Source of the DNA: Vicugna vicugna
Lineage: Eukaryota
Reading direction: 5' to 3'
DNA length: 64,000 nt
NCBI GenBank assembly: GCA_013265495.1
Contig: MU057416.1
Coordinates: forward strand, 1,544,545 to 1,608,544
Position 1 is the stretch's first letter. Each line of letters starts with the position of its first letter. The notes beneath the pieces are model-generated. The model was not told the DNA's origin and made no database searches. It saw only the letters and a list, made by a program, of their open reading frames with translations. Of this stretch, positions 49,577 through 63,119 are shown in pieces. Position numbers and translations under genes: made by a program.

Positions 49577-49921
49577 CTTAGTCTCTCCAGGCTTCTGTGC
49601 CAAAGCCCTGCAGACTCTGTGGTTTATAAGCAGCTGGAATATATCCCTCCCAGTCCCGAAGGCTAGGAGTCCAAGGTCAAGGATTCAGTGTGTCGGGTGT
49701 CAGAGAAGGCCCCTCTGGGGGGTGGACTGCCGAGTTCCTGTGTGACCTCATGTCGGGGGGTGCTCCCTGGGGCCTCTCTTGCAAGAGTGCTAATCTGATT
49801 CCCGAGGACCCCGCCTTATGACCTGATCGCCTGCCAGAGCCCCTCCTCCTCATACCATCACCTGGGGCTTTGGGGTTCCAGCATGGGAGTTTTGGGGAAC
49901 CCCAGCACGCACATCACAGCA
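49577..49921 (-). mobile_element. MaLR LTR (MLT1A/B-like)
   Basis: cagtcccgaaggctaggagtccaaggtcaagg...gggcctctcttgcaagagtgctaatc...atgacctgatcgcctgccagagcccctcctcctcataccatcacctgggg...cacagca. Confidence 0.8.
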
Positions 49922-52900
49922 GATGCCCTTTTCTTACATGGGGGTGTCTTGTTTAGTGATCACTGACATACAAAGATACAGATTTTTAAAAATAGCAATT
50001 CATTTTGCAGTAATTTATAAATTTTAGAAACATCTTCTATCACAATTCATTTTCACAACATTGGTTTAGAAAAGTATAACTTTTAATAACTTAACTTTTC
50101 AAAAATACATTATGTGAAATGAAAAATATGTTTGTTATACCATCCATTCACTATAACGTTCATTATTTTAAGACTTTCTCGTGAATATAACACACATTCT
50201 CTTTCATCTGTTGAAAACATTTTGTTTCTCATATTTTCCCCCAACTCGAATGATAAAAGTTGCAGGTATTGAAGGTGTACAGTTTAATGTTTTAATATAC
50301 ATGTACACTGTGTATATCACGTTGAACCAAGTATTATGTCTGGTGCATAGTGCTTCAAAAAATGAAATGCTAATTTCTGGCCATAAAAATCAGATCTCTT
50401 TATGATTTGGGGGTGGTGGAGAGTTTACTTTCCCAGAGACCACGTCTGGGCTCCTTTCCCTGCCCCACTGTTGCTGGTTTACCCCAGGGTTCAGATGCCT
50501 GATGTCTGGTGGGCGATCGCATTGTTGGAGGGAGAGTCACAGCGCAGGGGTGGGGGTGGGGGTGGGGCCGCCCTGGGAGAGCCCACGAGCTCCCCCCCGG
50601 GGCTGCTCCATGTCTGTCCTTCCAGAGCCCTTCCATGGAGTCTGCGGACGACTTCAGTGGTAAGTCCCAGTGTTTGCTGAAATTAGCGTAGCCAATTCAG
50701 CGGGCTCTGATGTCTGCCAGTAAGAGAAATGGAGCTGAATATTCAGCAGAGAAAAAGCCCCCTTTCTTCCCCGTTGAGGACAGGTTCAACCACAGAAGTA
50801 GAGATCTGGAGCAGAAAGGGGCTCTCGCTGTCACCCGGCCTGGAGCTTTGAAGCTCCCTTGACTCTGACAGAAACGTTCTGCTACCAGACACACACCTGT
50901 CTGCCTAGATACACGTGTATGACAGAAACAAGGTTTTATCCTTGGAACTTGATCTTTCTCTGTTCTGTTTGGAAAAACTGTGGACTGTGACTAACTGAAT
51001 GGACGTCATGCCTGGGTTATAGGGTGAAATGGCAGTGTTGGTGCAGAAAACTGAATACTATACTCACGTTTTTCTTAAAAGGTGTATTTTACTGTGCAAG
51101 TTACCAATTTGTATCTTTTAATGGAAAGAACTGCGGGCATAGAGTTTGCATGTGGACTTGCCTCCTGAAGATTTATTTTATCTGCTTCCTGTGGTTTTCT
51201 GCTGTTAGATTAATTTTCCTGAAGTAACACTGGCATCTGTCTTGCTTCCCATTTCAGAAAATTTTAACCATTCTGTTTGACTTGAAATGTGGTTTACATT
51301 ACAGATTCAGGTGCGTATTCTTTTTTTTTTAAATTTGGCTTTTCAGAGCTAGTGTCTAAAGTATGATGTAAGAAGTTACTTCAGACTTGGTCTATAAAAT
51401 AGATAACTGACTTGAACGATGAAAGCTTTGTATTCTTTTTGTTTGTAATCTCATTTTCACAACATTCAAACTAACAAAAGCTGAGGCACTTAGGAAGTTG
51501 CCTGATACCACGGACCTGCTGGCGGTGATTCTTGATGATGGCTGCAGGTGAAGTAAACGTGCATTAACTAGGATGCCATCTTTTACGAAGAGGAGAAAGA
51601 CAGCTGTGTGTCCAGCGTAGGTGACTAAACTTAAGCAGCTGGTGCAGGAGAAGGCGCTCTCTCTTGGTGTGACTCTGTGTGAACACGTGATGGGGGCCGG
51701 GGACTGAGCGCTCCGGCAGGGCGCTGCAGAACGCGGGTTTCCCTCACGCGCGGTTAGTCCAGGGCTGGGGCGAACGGTCGCGGCGGTCGTTGCAGCCGCC
51801 CGCCCCCGGCCTGTGGTGACCAGACCGACCCCCCCCAGATTGTCTTTAATCAACGTCGGCAATGAGATTTAAAGGAAGAAAATAGATGATTATTTAAAGC
51901 CTTGGCCAACTGCTCTGCGCGGAAGCTTGCCTATGTTTAGCCGCCTAGATGCGGGAGCTTCTGTGACGGAAGGGAGGTCCCCGGCGTGCGCAGACTCCCC
52001 CCACCCCCAGCCCGCCGGCTCTGCGGCCGGGAGGGGGTGTGAAGCGAGCCTGTCACAGGCTCCCCGGAGCTGCCTCTGCAGGAGGTGCGTCTGATACACC
52101 TGCGGGGGTCTGAGAGCGCTGACTCTCGTTTTCCTAAAGCTGAAAGGTTTAGCTGGTGGTAAACAGTCCAACTAGTAAACAGATGAAAGAGATCACTTCA
52201 GAGAGTGGTGGGACGCGTGGCGGTGCGGGCTCCAGAGCGGGCTGGTCCCCTGTACTGGGCGGGGTCTGGCCTCGCACTGCTCGCCAGCAGGTGCTCATCG
52301 GGAAGGCGGTGTGCAGCTCTAGGTGCTTGGCCGCCTGGAGGAGAGGCGTTCCCGCTTCTCCCTGTGCTGGCTGGGTCTCTGCCGTAGCTGTGTTCAAGTC
52401 CCGTGAAGCTTTCCCTGCGGCTCTTCAGGCTGTAACTTGTCTTTGTAGTTTCTGAAAACCCGGGATGGCAACCTCCGTGTCACCAAGGGAGACATCATGA
52501 CCTTCCTTTTTCTTTCTCATGGACGGTGCTTGGCAGGTGCACTGTGACTGCGTGGTGGAGGCAAATTAGGGAGCAGCTCCCATTGTTCATGACCTTGTGT
52601 GCTTCAGTTTCTTTTTCGGGTAAGGCTGATACTGTCGGGCGCATTTTTTGTACGCACCCAGCTGAAAGAGATTTGCTGACAAGTTTCCTTTCAGGCAATT
52701 TTTTGAGTGTTAAGTGGAGCATTTACTGATGGTTATTTTTATATGATAAAGCATATTCCAGTGTATTATATGCAACTTGTTTTAGATTTTGAGATTTGAA
52801 GCAGTTTTTGGCTCAGCATCCGTATGCCTGGAAAACTTTCAAAACTGGAAAGCTATAAAGCACAGACCTCCTTTGAAGTCCACCATATGTGACTGGTTTA

Positions 52901-53511
52901 GCTCTGCTAGGAATGTCACACTGGTTAGCAAATGAGAGGACGTGGCTGTCATTTCACATTGTTGGCACAAGGGAGCAGCAGTTACGTTGAGTGGTGGTGG
53001 ACAGGCCTGCGCTGCCGTGTATAAACTGTCGTAAAAATAAATCTTGCCAGGTCACTACGGTTAGGATGTTTGAAAACTACAGATGTTCTGTGCTGAAGTC
53101 TGGATTTGTCGGGGCTCATTGCTGGCTTTGCCCGCTTTCCGTGGCCCGCTGGCAGCTCCACGGTTAGCAGCCGGCCCACGAGGGGTGATTTTGTAGAAGT
53201 CTGCCAGTTTAATCCCGTACAGTATCGATTGATAGAGCGTTGGCTTGGGAAAACATAAAAACAAATGAGGACAGTGAAGTCTGGAGATTGTCTTTAGATG
53301 ATAAACGATTCTGTAGCGTCTTCCACTGACTGATGCCTGCTGTCGTGAAGACACCAAGTCATGACGGCGCTCAGCAGCCCTTCAGGTAACTTTGATGTGC
53401 TCTGATCTCATTTGAGGCCTCGTGAGGTGAGAAATTAAGTGTCATCCACGTTAGGCAGATGAAGAGGTTGACGCTCAGTGAAGCCTGAGTGACTGTCAGG
53501 GCAGAGCTCTC

Positions 53512-55685
53512 TTTTTAAAAATCAGCTTCGCCGCGGCTGAATTTGAATGAAATACACCCGTTTAATAAAGTGACGAGTTTGTCTTTTGACGGAGGTGTGT
53601 GCACATGTCAGTCCCACTCCCGTTAAGGTGTGAAGTGCTTCCTGACACCTGTCGCCTCCGGGCTCCCTGCTGCCAGTCCCGCCCTGCCCCCCGCGCGCGG
53701 CGTCCGGTCATCGGTGTGCTGGGCCTCTTCTAGCATCTCGTGTGATGAAAGCTAATGCGTGACCCTCTGTTAAGCTGGGTGCTTTTGCTCACGCTTTGCT
53801 GGATTCGAGCACCTGCTCTGTGTGGTGGGTTCCTTTTTATTGCCCGGTGCTGTTTATCCATTCTGTAGATTGCACAGTTTATTCATTAGCTACTGATGGG
53901 CATGGCTGTTTATGGGTTTCGCCCTCTGTAAATAGAGCAGCTGTGGACATTTATATGCTGCTTTTGTGAGGACATATATCCTCGTTCCTCTTGGGTAGAT
54001 ACTGGGGGTTGAACTGAGCGTGCTTCGCTCTCAGGCGCCGTCGGGCCGCTTCCCCGCGCGGCTGTAGGCTTTGTTGGACACCAAGCGCTGTGTGAGGGTT
54101 CCAGTTGCTCCACGTCCCTGCCGACACTTGCGCTATTGCTAGTCTGTGATTTTAGCCGTTCTGGTGGGAGTCGGTGTCTCCTTGTTATTTTAGTTTGTCT
54201 TTCTCCGATGACTAATGTGGTTTGGTGTTTTTTCAGATGCTTGTTGGTCGTCCCTACCTCGTCTTTTGTGAAGTGTCTGTTGAATCTTTCTCTCATTTTC
54301 TTTTTGGGCTTTTTGTTTTCCTACTACGAGTTCTTTTATATTCTGACTACAAATCCTTTATCAAGTCTGTGTGTTGCAAATATTTCCTTCTAGTCTGTGG
54401 TTTACCTTTTCATTTTCTTAATGGTGTCTTTCAAGTAGTTCTAAGTTGTGATGAAGGCTAATTTATAATTTTTTTCTTTCATCGTTACAGTTATTTTGTT
54501 CTTTTATGTCCTAAGAAATCTTTGCCCACATCATGGTTTAAAGAATTTTTTCTTTGTTCTTTCTTCTAGAAGTTAATTGTTTTACACTCAGTTCTGCAGT
54601 TCATTTTGGTTGATGATGATGGTGATGATGATTGTACAGTGGGAGGGAAGAGCTGGCATTTGTTTTGTTGTATTTTTTTAACGAGGATATCAGTGGGGGT
54701 GGGTGTAGGTCCCTTGAGCGTGTGCTTAGCACGCACAGAGCCCTGGGTTCAATCCCCAGTACCTTCATCCAAAAAAAGAGAAAGGATGTCTAGTTGTTCC
54801 AGAACCATCGTTGAAGCCTGCCCTTTCCCCACCGCCCTGCTTTGACATACGTGTCTGCTCTGGTGCTCAGTGTGCGCCAGGCCAGGGCCGCCCAGTCGGG
54901 ATCGCTGTGCTTCTGTGGTAAAGTCTCGACACTGGACAGCGAGGTCGTTGAGCCTTATTGTTCTTTGTCACAGTTGTTCTAGCTGTTCTAGGCTCTTTGC
55001 GTTTCCATATACGTTTTAGAAGCTCTTGTCAATTTCTGCAAAGAAAGCTTAGATTTAGCTTAGATATAGATTGGAACTGTGCTGAATCTGTAGCTCATTT
55101 TAGGAAGAACTGCCCTTTTACTGGTGTTGACTCTTGCTGGATAAACGTGCCGTCTCCTCCCGTTTACCCAGGTCTTTTCTGTTGTTGTAGTTTTTAGTGT
55201 GTGAGTTCTGTACATGCTTACATTCTACTTTATTTCATATTTTTGGTTTTGATTATAAATGGAACTGTTTTTAAATTTAATTTCCAACTTAATTTAATTC
55301 TTCATTGCTGATTTGAGGAGTAGAGTTGAATTTTGAACATTGATTTTTGCATGTTGCAACCTTGCTAAATGCATTTGTTTTTCAGTAGGTTTTTTGGTGG
55401 AGTTGTTAGAATTCCCTGCACGCTGTATCCTGTTGTTCATGGTAAACACAGATTTGCTTCTTCCCTTTCAGTGTGTATGCCTTCCTGTTCCTGTTTCATT
55501 GCACACCTAAGACTTCCAGGCAATGTTAAATGAAAGTGGTGAGACCAGACGTCCTTGCCTTGTTGCTATCCTTACGGGGGATGTATTTGGTTCTCATTGT
55601 TAAGTATGATGTTATCTGTAGGAATTTTGAGGATATTCTTTATCAAGTTTAGGAAGTTCCCTCCTATTCCTGATTTGCTGAGAAT
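53512..55685 (-). mobile_element. Old L1 (L1MB-like) ORF2/3' UTR, ~2.2 kb
   Basis: Antisense L1 text: gagggttccagttgctccacgtccctgccgacacttg, tgtgttgcaaatatttccttctagtctgtgg, ctcattgttaagtatgatgtta, aggaagttcccctctattcct. Confidence 0.85.
54695..54778 (+). mobile_element. Camelid Vic-1-like SINE nested in L1
   Basis: gggggtgggtgtagg...gagcgtgtgcttagcacgcacagagccctgggttcaatccccagtaccttc plus A tail. Flanks aggatatc / aggatgtc. Confidence 0.8.
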
Positions 55686-57469
55686 CGTGTATAGCAGAGC
55701 CATTCAGTCTGAAGAACCAGCAGGTGCAGACTCTCGAGGCAAGAGCAAGCTTGTCATAATCCAGGAACAGGAAAAATAGCATGACTCTACTTCGTCGGAT
55801 GACCCCGTCTGAATGAGATCCAGGGACCAGATTGTATTGCATCTGACGAATCACGAGGAGACTTTGAATCCAAGAGTAGTGCGAAGTCATTGGGAGGTTT
55901 TTTAGGCGTGGAGGTGATATGATCTGATTTGTGCTCTAAGGTCACTTGGGCTGCTCTCAGGAGGGTGCATTTCAAGAGAAGGAAGTGGGGAACAGTTAGG
56001 TTATCACAGAAGTCTGAGCATGAGGTGGTACCACAGAGGCAGCCGTGAAGACAGAGTGAAGCGGACGGAATTAGCTGTACCGTGTAACGTTGTTTGTTAC
56101 AAATAAATATTGAACTGAACTCTTCGGGGCTACTCATGGGTATAGCTTAGAAGAATTTCTTTTTAACTACATGACTGTAAAGTCTTAAAGTCTATCTGAA
56201 ATCTCTAAAATTCTTAAAGTGCTAGCCTGTGTGGTGTGTGCGTTTTAGACTAAAAAGTTGACTTGTTCTGGGAGATTTAGGTAGAGTGATGGTCACTCTT
56301 TTTTATCATGGTAACTATTTTTTAAAGCATTCTATCATAAGTGAGGTGCCTAACTGAAAAATCACTAGTCATGGCGCCCATCACAGTGGCTGTGGTGGGA
56401 AGGTCATCGGGGCAGCTCTCCTGTCGGCCCTGAGCACGTGGCGTGAGAGGACGGGTCTTGGGTCAGTGTGTTTCGTGCGCAGTCTCTCACCCGGCACATC
56501 CTTACCTGTTGAGCACCTGATGCGTGTTAACTGCGCGGCTGCACCGCGGGGACACTTAGGTCTAGAAGGAGCGGCAGACAGGAAGTGGGGGGTGGGTGCT
56601 TCAGGGCAGCTGCCGCTCTCAGGTGCCGGGGGCCACGCCTGACTGCTCAGTGGTGGAGACTGGCGTCAGGGAACATCCCGGGGCACTGCCCTATTTAGTC
56701 CACGATCTAAAGAAATGAGAAATTTCAGCTTAAATTTTTTCTCATGGGTGAAAGAAATAGTCAGCTGATTGTTATATACAAAAGCACAGAAAAGAAGATG
56801 TGCATTTCACTCATTGCCTGACAAGTACTTGTGAAATCTTGAAGTGACTTTTTCAGACTTCCCGGCCTGGTGTTCTTCTGGGCGTCTGTGCGCGTGCGTA
56901 CGCGGGCTCATCTGTCTCACAGGTGAGCGCACTGGGTGAGAGACGGCTGAGACCTGTATGGGGGTGTCTCTGAGTCCGCGGCCCCGTATCACCACCTCTT
57001 TGAGAGCTTGAAGCATCACTGAAAGTTGAAGACAGCCCGTTACGTTCCCAGACTCCTTCTGTGCTCCCCTTCCAGGGCGTGTTCCAGGGCGGCGACCACC
57101 TGAGGCTGTTACTTCCTTGAAGACCCTCACGGACGTTTACTTTTCTTTATGAGCTAGTTAGGTTAAGAATTCAATTAATACTGAACAAAAATAAACTTCT
57201 TTTTATTTTAACTGTGCCATTACAACCTTCTCTTTAAGACTGCGAACTTTAGTTAGAACTTTAAACATTCGTAAGGAAGGTAAGTTAAATTGGGGAAGTT
57301 TGGCCACCTGTGTTCAGTAACTGAGCACTTCACTTGACTGTGTCTAGCAGTCTCCCAAAAGTCTAAGTGAGACAGTGTCTGCTGGGTGTTCAGCGTATAG
57401 GTCAAGCTGGTGTGTTTACCTTTATAAAAGCGTGGATTACCATAGTCGCAAGTCATCAGGGTTTTGCGA

Positions 57470-57892
57470 GGTTTACTGGAATGCTGCTCAGCACTAAAAG
57501 GGAACAACCTATTGATAAATAGAGCGGCTTGGATGAATCTCCACAGAATTATGCTGAGTATCCAAAGTTTCGTGCTGTGTGATTGTATCCATGTAACATT
57601 GTTGAAGGGGCAGAATTACAGGAACAGAACAGATGAGTGGTTGCAGGGTTTAAGGAGGGCGGGGCGGGAGGGAAGTGGATGGGCTGCAGGGGCAGCCGCA
57701 GGGGTCCTGGCAACAGCATGTTCTGTAGGTTAATGTCCCACGTCGCGCCCTGACTGTCAGATTATACTGTGGTTCTGCGAGGCGCTACCCTCGGGGGACG
57801 CTGGTAAAGGGAACGTGGGACCTCTGTGTTACTTCTTACAGTTGCATGTGAACCTGTAACTACTTCAAAATAAGAAGCTCACTTGAAAAAAG
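57470..57892 (+). mobile_element. Old L1MC/MD 3' end
   Basis: ggaatgctgctcagcactaaaagggaacaacctattgata...ggatgaatctccacagaattatgctgagt...acttcttacagttgcatgtgaacctgtaac. Confidence 0.75.
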
Positions 57893-58999
57893 GTTTATGA
57901 AGAACGCCTGTCTAAGATTCGCAGGAAATGCTGCCGTGCGCAGCGGACGCGGTTCGTGCCCCTTGCTTGGCAGGCGCTTCGCTGCTGCTGAGGCAGAACT
58001 GAGGTGACCGAGTGCTCTGTGTCTCAGGTAGGACGGGCTTGGGTCTGCGGCAGACAGCTGTGACTGGGCGAGTTCTGGAACTCTCCGAGGCCCAGCGTTC
58101 TCCCTGCACTGAGGATTGATGGCCTTTGCGCCGCTCCCGTGAGGAGTGAACAGAGCAGGCCTGGCCTGCGGGGAGACAGTAAACTTAGCCGAGGTGCTCG
58201 CCCCACTTCTCTCCCTGAGCTTAGTCTCTAAGCCAGTTTGAAGTCATCTGTTTCAGTCACAGAAGTGGGTACTAACACGTGGGAAAGCAAGGTCATGACT
58301 GAAAGGAATAAAATGTATTTTCCCTTCAGACCCTCAAGTCTCTTAACGGTGGAACTGTTTGTGGGGGGTTGCAGCAGGGAGACCTGCCTCCTTGGACGCT
58401 TCTGACGACAGGACAGTGTCGACTGGAGATCCCTGTGCCCTCTTGCTCTGGGCGCTGGTGGAACCATCAAGGGGGCTTATGTTTTGCTTTAAACCCTCAG
58501 CCGAAGGCATCTTATTCTTCAGGCTTTTCCCCTTGATTTTGTGTACGTATATAAACCTCCTCGGTTTCTGTGTCTCACGTAGCAGCAGGCTGGCGAGTGT
58601 TGCTTCGTCGCGCTCCTGAGCCCCCTAATGACTTGTTTACTGCGCGGGTAAGCACGGTTTGGGAAGGAAGCCACCAGCAACTGCCCGGGAAGTAGAAGGT
58701 GAACGGCGACGGCCTGTTGCGTGAAGGTGCCAGCAGCTCCCCCTTTAGCTAGACTTCACCTGCGGCTGCTCTGCGAACAGTTGTGTGGGGAGGCGCGTCA
58801 GAAGAGGGTCTGAAAGTTCCTCTTCAGACCGCGGTCGCCTCAGCGCAGCGTCTGTGAGGCCGCGTGTGTGAAGTGTACTTACTCGTGTCTGTGGGAAACG
58901 GACGTGAGCTTTCTTCGCTTCTGAGTTGCTTTTTCTCCAGCTTCTCCAGTTACACTGGAGTTAGAGGGCAACTTGGCGCTCAGATCTGCCGTATTTGGT

Positions 59000-59950
59000 T
59001 CTCTCCCCGCCTCTCTCCCCGTTTCTGTCCACACGCACACACACGGTCATTTAAGAATCTTACGAAAACAAGCACGTTTTTCTGCATAATCACAATTCCA
59101 TGCTCACACCAGGAAATTAAATGTTGTTACTGTAACATTATTAAACACAGGATCCATAGTCTTATTTCCCCAATCGTTGTGCCTAAAATGTTCCTTATAG
59201 TTTTTTTTTACCTTTTTCAAACCAGAAGCCAAAGATCACCCACTACTATGGTTGCCCTGCCTTTTGCTCCCCTCCGTCTAGCACAGTCGCCTCTGCCCAC
59301 TGGTTTTGCTCTTAGTGCGTGACACGGACACTTCTGAAGAGCGCGGGCGAGCTGGCGCTTGGGACACACTCTAGCCCTGGTTTCTCTGATGGTCTCCTCC
59401 TGAGGGGACCCAGGCTAAAACCTCTCGACGTGAGTAGGCGGCGTGTGCTGCTTTGACTCTCACAGGAGGCACGTCGCGTCCCAGTGCTGGTGCGTCTGAG
59501 CCTGACCTCCGTTCCTTCGTAGTGGGGCGCGTCGTGCGGGGTGACACTTGGGCGTTCGTTGCGCGGGGTTTCCCAGTAGCGCGCCCCCTGCTGGTTTTAG
59601 CAGCTGCGGCGCTCTGTGCCTGAGTGAGCTCCTGCACTGCTGGTTGCAGTCTGGTGACCTTAAAGTTCTGTCATTGCTTTTACACTTCCTGCCTGGCATT
59701 GTTCTGCAGAGAAGGGCTTTCTCTTCCTCCTTCCCCCTCAGTGATCATCACCATGGACTCTTTCTGGCCTTGACTGATTGTGTTGTAAGTCGTTGCTGTC
59801 CTCAGGCTTCTCTGTACTCTTGTGGGCCACGTTTGGCCGGCGGCCCCTTCAGGCTAGCTGCTCGACCCCCGGCACCCCCCGTCAGTCTCTGAGCGCTTTG
59901 CCCTTTCTGACACAGCCGTGTGCTCCAGGCTCACGCCGCACTTTTCCTCT
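59000..59950 (-). mobile_element. Old L1MC/MD remnant, strongly GC-shifted
   Basis: tgcataatcacaattccatgctcacaccaggaaattaa...aaaatgttccttatag...cacaggaggcacgtcgcgtc...tgacttaaagttctgtcattgc-like motifs. Confidence 0.55.
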
Positions 59951-61428
59951 CTGACCGGGGCCAGCTGTGCTGCGAAGCGCCGTGGGGAGGTGCTGTGTAG
60001 GTAGGAGCCACGCTCTGGCACAGACGTGTTTACTGCTGCTTTGGTGGTGTCACTTCTAGGTCCTTTCTTCAGGATGGGGCAGGGAAAACATGGATGCACA
60101 GCTGTGAGTTTTATGACAGCCTCCAATCCCAAACTGACCCCACTGGCTCCCCTGCTGTTCAGAGGGGCACCTGACCAGGGCTCCCTCCCAGAGGGCACGT
60201 CCCCCGCCTAGTGCAGCTCCTGTCTGGGGACAGTTGCACTGTCCCCCGCGCCCACCTTAATGTGGCTCTGCTGGCAGAGGTCCACGTCCACTTGCTGGAC
60301 TCGGATGAGAATGCCGCCAGCCTGCCCACACTTGTTCTGTGCCGTTTTCAATGTATGCTGTGGCAGCTTCCAGCAGCCTGGCCGCCTCCTGGTTACAGAG
60401 CGGTGTGGCTGCTGAGGGGTCTGCCCCAGCCTGCTCCTCTCATGGCCATGTGATGCTCAGGGCACCAGGTGCCTTGTGCTGTCATCGCCACGCTGTGCAG
60501 AGGGGGTGGTGAGGCACACAGGGGCTTTGCCCGAGATGACGTGCTGGGTGTGGAGACCAGGCATCCTGCTTTGTAACCGGCCTGCTCTTCGCCTGCCGGG
60601 GGACCACAGGGTTCCATACAGAAGCCGTGGAGGAGGAGACCTGGAAGCTCCATGAAGAGCTTCTTATTCACGTAACTTGGGGCTTGTCTGGTCGGCCCTG
60701 GGAAGTCGTTCACGGCTTCTGGTTGTGGAGCGAGGTGACTGCCTGCCGTTGTGACTGGGAGGGGCTGTGGAGGTGAGATTCCTGCTGCGAGGCTGTTCGT
60801 GGGCCTCCCTGAGGTTTGGGGCGGGAAATTTGTGGTTTCTTGGTGATGACCCGGGTCTGGAAGCATAGCCGTCCACCGTCGCCTGCGTCCACCTTGTTTA
60901 TCACTGGTGTGCGGTTCCTGCACGTGTCCGCCGGGCAGCGCCTCAGGTGAGCACACTCGCCTGCCCTTCCCGATGACGAGAGGGAACTGCCCTGGGGCAC
61001 AGTAGCCCTCTGTGGTCTGGGACTTGCATTTCAGTGGGCATGTGGGCTGAGCTGTCTCCGGCATGTCTTCCTTTTGCAATAAAGCTTAATGCCAGTTTGG
61101 CTCGCGTTGTCTTGGGAGCAGGTCCACGGGTGTGTGACGGTCAGATTCTCCACGCGTGGACGGCAGGCTGTACAGCGGACGCTCGTGCTGCCCCTGTGGG
61201 AACGGCAGGGAGCGCTCGGCCACCGGGCTGCGGGCACGCAGCGCTGCTGAGACGGGCAGAACTGCACGGCAGCTGAATCGGAGTCGCTGGGCTTGTAGTT
61301 ACGTGCTGGTACCCGTGCCGTCTACCTTTCTCCCTTTACTTTCTTGACACATCTAAGCAGGTAGGTCCCAGGAAAATAGAAGTACCAGTTTTGTGTGGTC
61401 ACAAGCTTAATGTCGTGTTACGAGATTG

Positions 61429-61511
61429 AATAACTGAACCGCTTTGCTGTACCCCTGAAACTAACATTGTAAATCGACTACACTGCAATAAAAAAAATAA
61501 GAATAAAAAAA
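61429..61511 (+). mobile_element. Short cetartiodactyl L1 3' end
   Basis: ataactgaaccgctttgctgtacccctgaaactaacattgtaaatcgactacactgcaataaaaaaa. Confidence 0.8.
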
Positions 61512-61734
61512 GCTTGAATCTTGCAGGCATCACGTCCCTCCTGGGGCTGCCAGCCCCCCTCCCCTGGGTGCAGCAGGGCCGCGGTGGCACAAGGGTCCTG
61601 ACAGGTTGGATGCAGCATTGCTGGGACAGAACAGTCATGGGAGGGCTCAGGAGCTCCGAGTGGTGATTTACGAGGAGCGGGCACTGGGAAGGGGGCAGGA
61701 GAGCATCGTAAGTTAGTCTGATGGGGTTTGGTAG

Positions 61735-62462
61735 CAGCGTGAGGTAGAAATGACATACCGCACAGCACCCAGCTGCCGTGTACAGCGTGGCGGGTTATTA
61801 TGTTCAGAGCTGTGTGAGCATCACCACAGTCCGCTTTAGACAGTTTTAATAACTTCTCACATAGCACCTCCTGTGCACCCACCCCCGACCCTAAGCAGCC
61901 GCTGATCTGCTTTCTGCCTCTATGTGGCTGCCATTCTGGGCATTTTGTGTCCGTGGAGTGACGTGCGTGTGTGTGTGTGTGTGCGTGTGCGTGTGCGTGC
62001 ATGTGTGTGTTCACACGTGCCCGCCCGACACCGTTCACTCTGTCAGGATTCATCCATGTGGGGCAGATGTCAGTCTTTATTTCATTTTATTGCTGAATTA
62101 TATTCCATTCTGAATAGAATGCATATTTCATTTTTGCTTACCCCTTCATCAGTTGATGGACATTTGGGTTGTTCCCACCTTTGTGGCTATTATAAATAAT
62201 GCTGCTCTGAATAATGGCAGATTTTGTGTGGACAGGTGTTTGCATTTCTCTTGGGTAGGTAGCAAAAAGCAGACTTGCTGGGTCAGGTGATAACTTTGTT
62301 TCCCTTTTTGAGAAACTGCCAAACCCTTCACAGCGGCTGCACTGTCTTCCATCCCCGCCAGCAGCGCACCCGAGTTCTGATTCCTCCACATCCTTGCCAA
62401 CAGCTGTTATTATCTGACTTTTTAATCACAGCCTTCCTGGGGGGAAGTGGTGTCTCAGTAGG
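61735..62462 (-). mobile_element. Old L1MB-like 3' end
   Basis: cagttgatggacatttgggttgttcccacctttgtggctattataaataatgctgct...tttttgagaaactgccaaac...tcctccacatccttgccaaca. Confidence 0.85.
61961..62010. repeat. (GT/GC)n alternating purine-pyrimidine microsatellite
   Basis: 50 bp of uninterrupted R-Y alternation. Confidence 0.9.
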
Positions 62463-63119
62463 GCTATAAGTGCTATTTTGCTTGTATCTCCATGTAAATT
62501 AAGGATAAATGAAAATTATGGTAAACCTGATTATGTAAATAAATGATATGTAAAATGTTGTTTTCTGAACTGGAATTAGCCTCCACCGACTGGTCGGATG
62601 TGTGTGCTGCGCGTTCCATCTGCGGCGGCTCGGGTGCTTGGTGTTCACGGTGGGCTTGTTACGTCCTTGTCCCCCTGCACCCTGGGGAGGGCACGGACGC
62701 AGAGGTGCCCTGGCCGCTGTTGGAGACCGGGTTCAGTTTAGGAACTGCTTCCTTAGTCCTGCGTCTGCATCTGATATGAGAATGATCAAAGCATGAAGTA
62801 TCAGAACTTCTGTCTGATAAAAGTGCGAGACTGAGTAATAAACTTCTTACCAACAACACTTAACGCGATCTAAGCGCTCTTCTTTATTTAATAGCTTTAG
62901 CCTTCATTTCTGATACATGTGTGATTTATTTTTGTCTAGACTCCACTGGTTGGAGACAACTAGTGCCCCCCTTAGCGCAGATCCAGACCCTATCATGGGC
63001 CTCGGTGAATGCCTGGGGCTCCACTCCGCCTGCTTTCCGCCCCGCTGAGACGCCGGGCGCTGCGCTGCCCCCTGGCGGCCCCGGCGCGCAACTGCGGCCC
63101 CACGCTGCTGCCCGGCCTC

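Noticed and set aside
53910..54296. 128 aa minus-strand ORF resembling L1 ORF2 C-terminus (also 62138-62400)
   Set aside because: Decayed LINE-1 remnant, not a host gene or active element.
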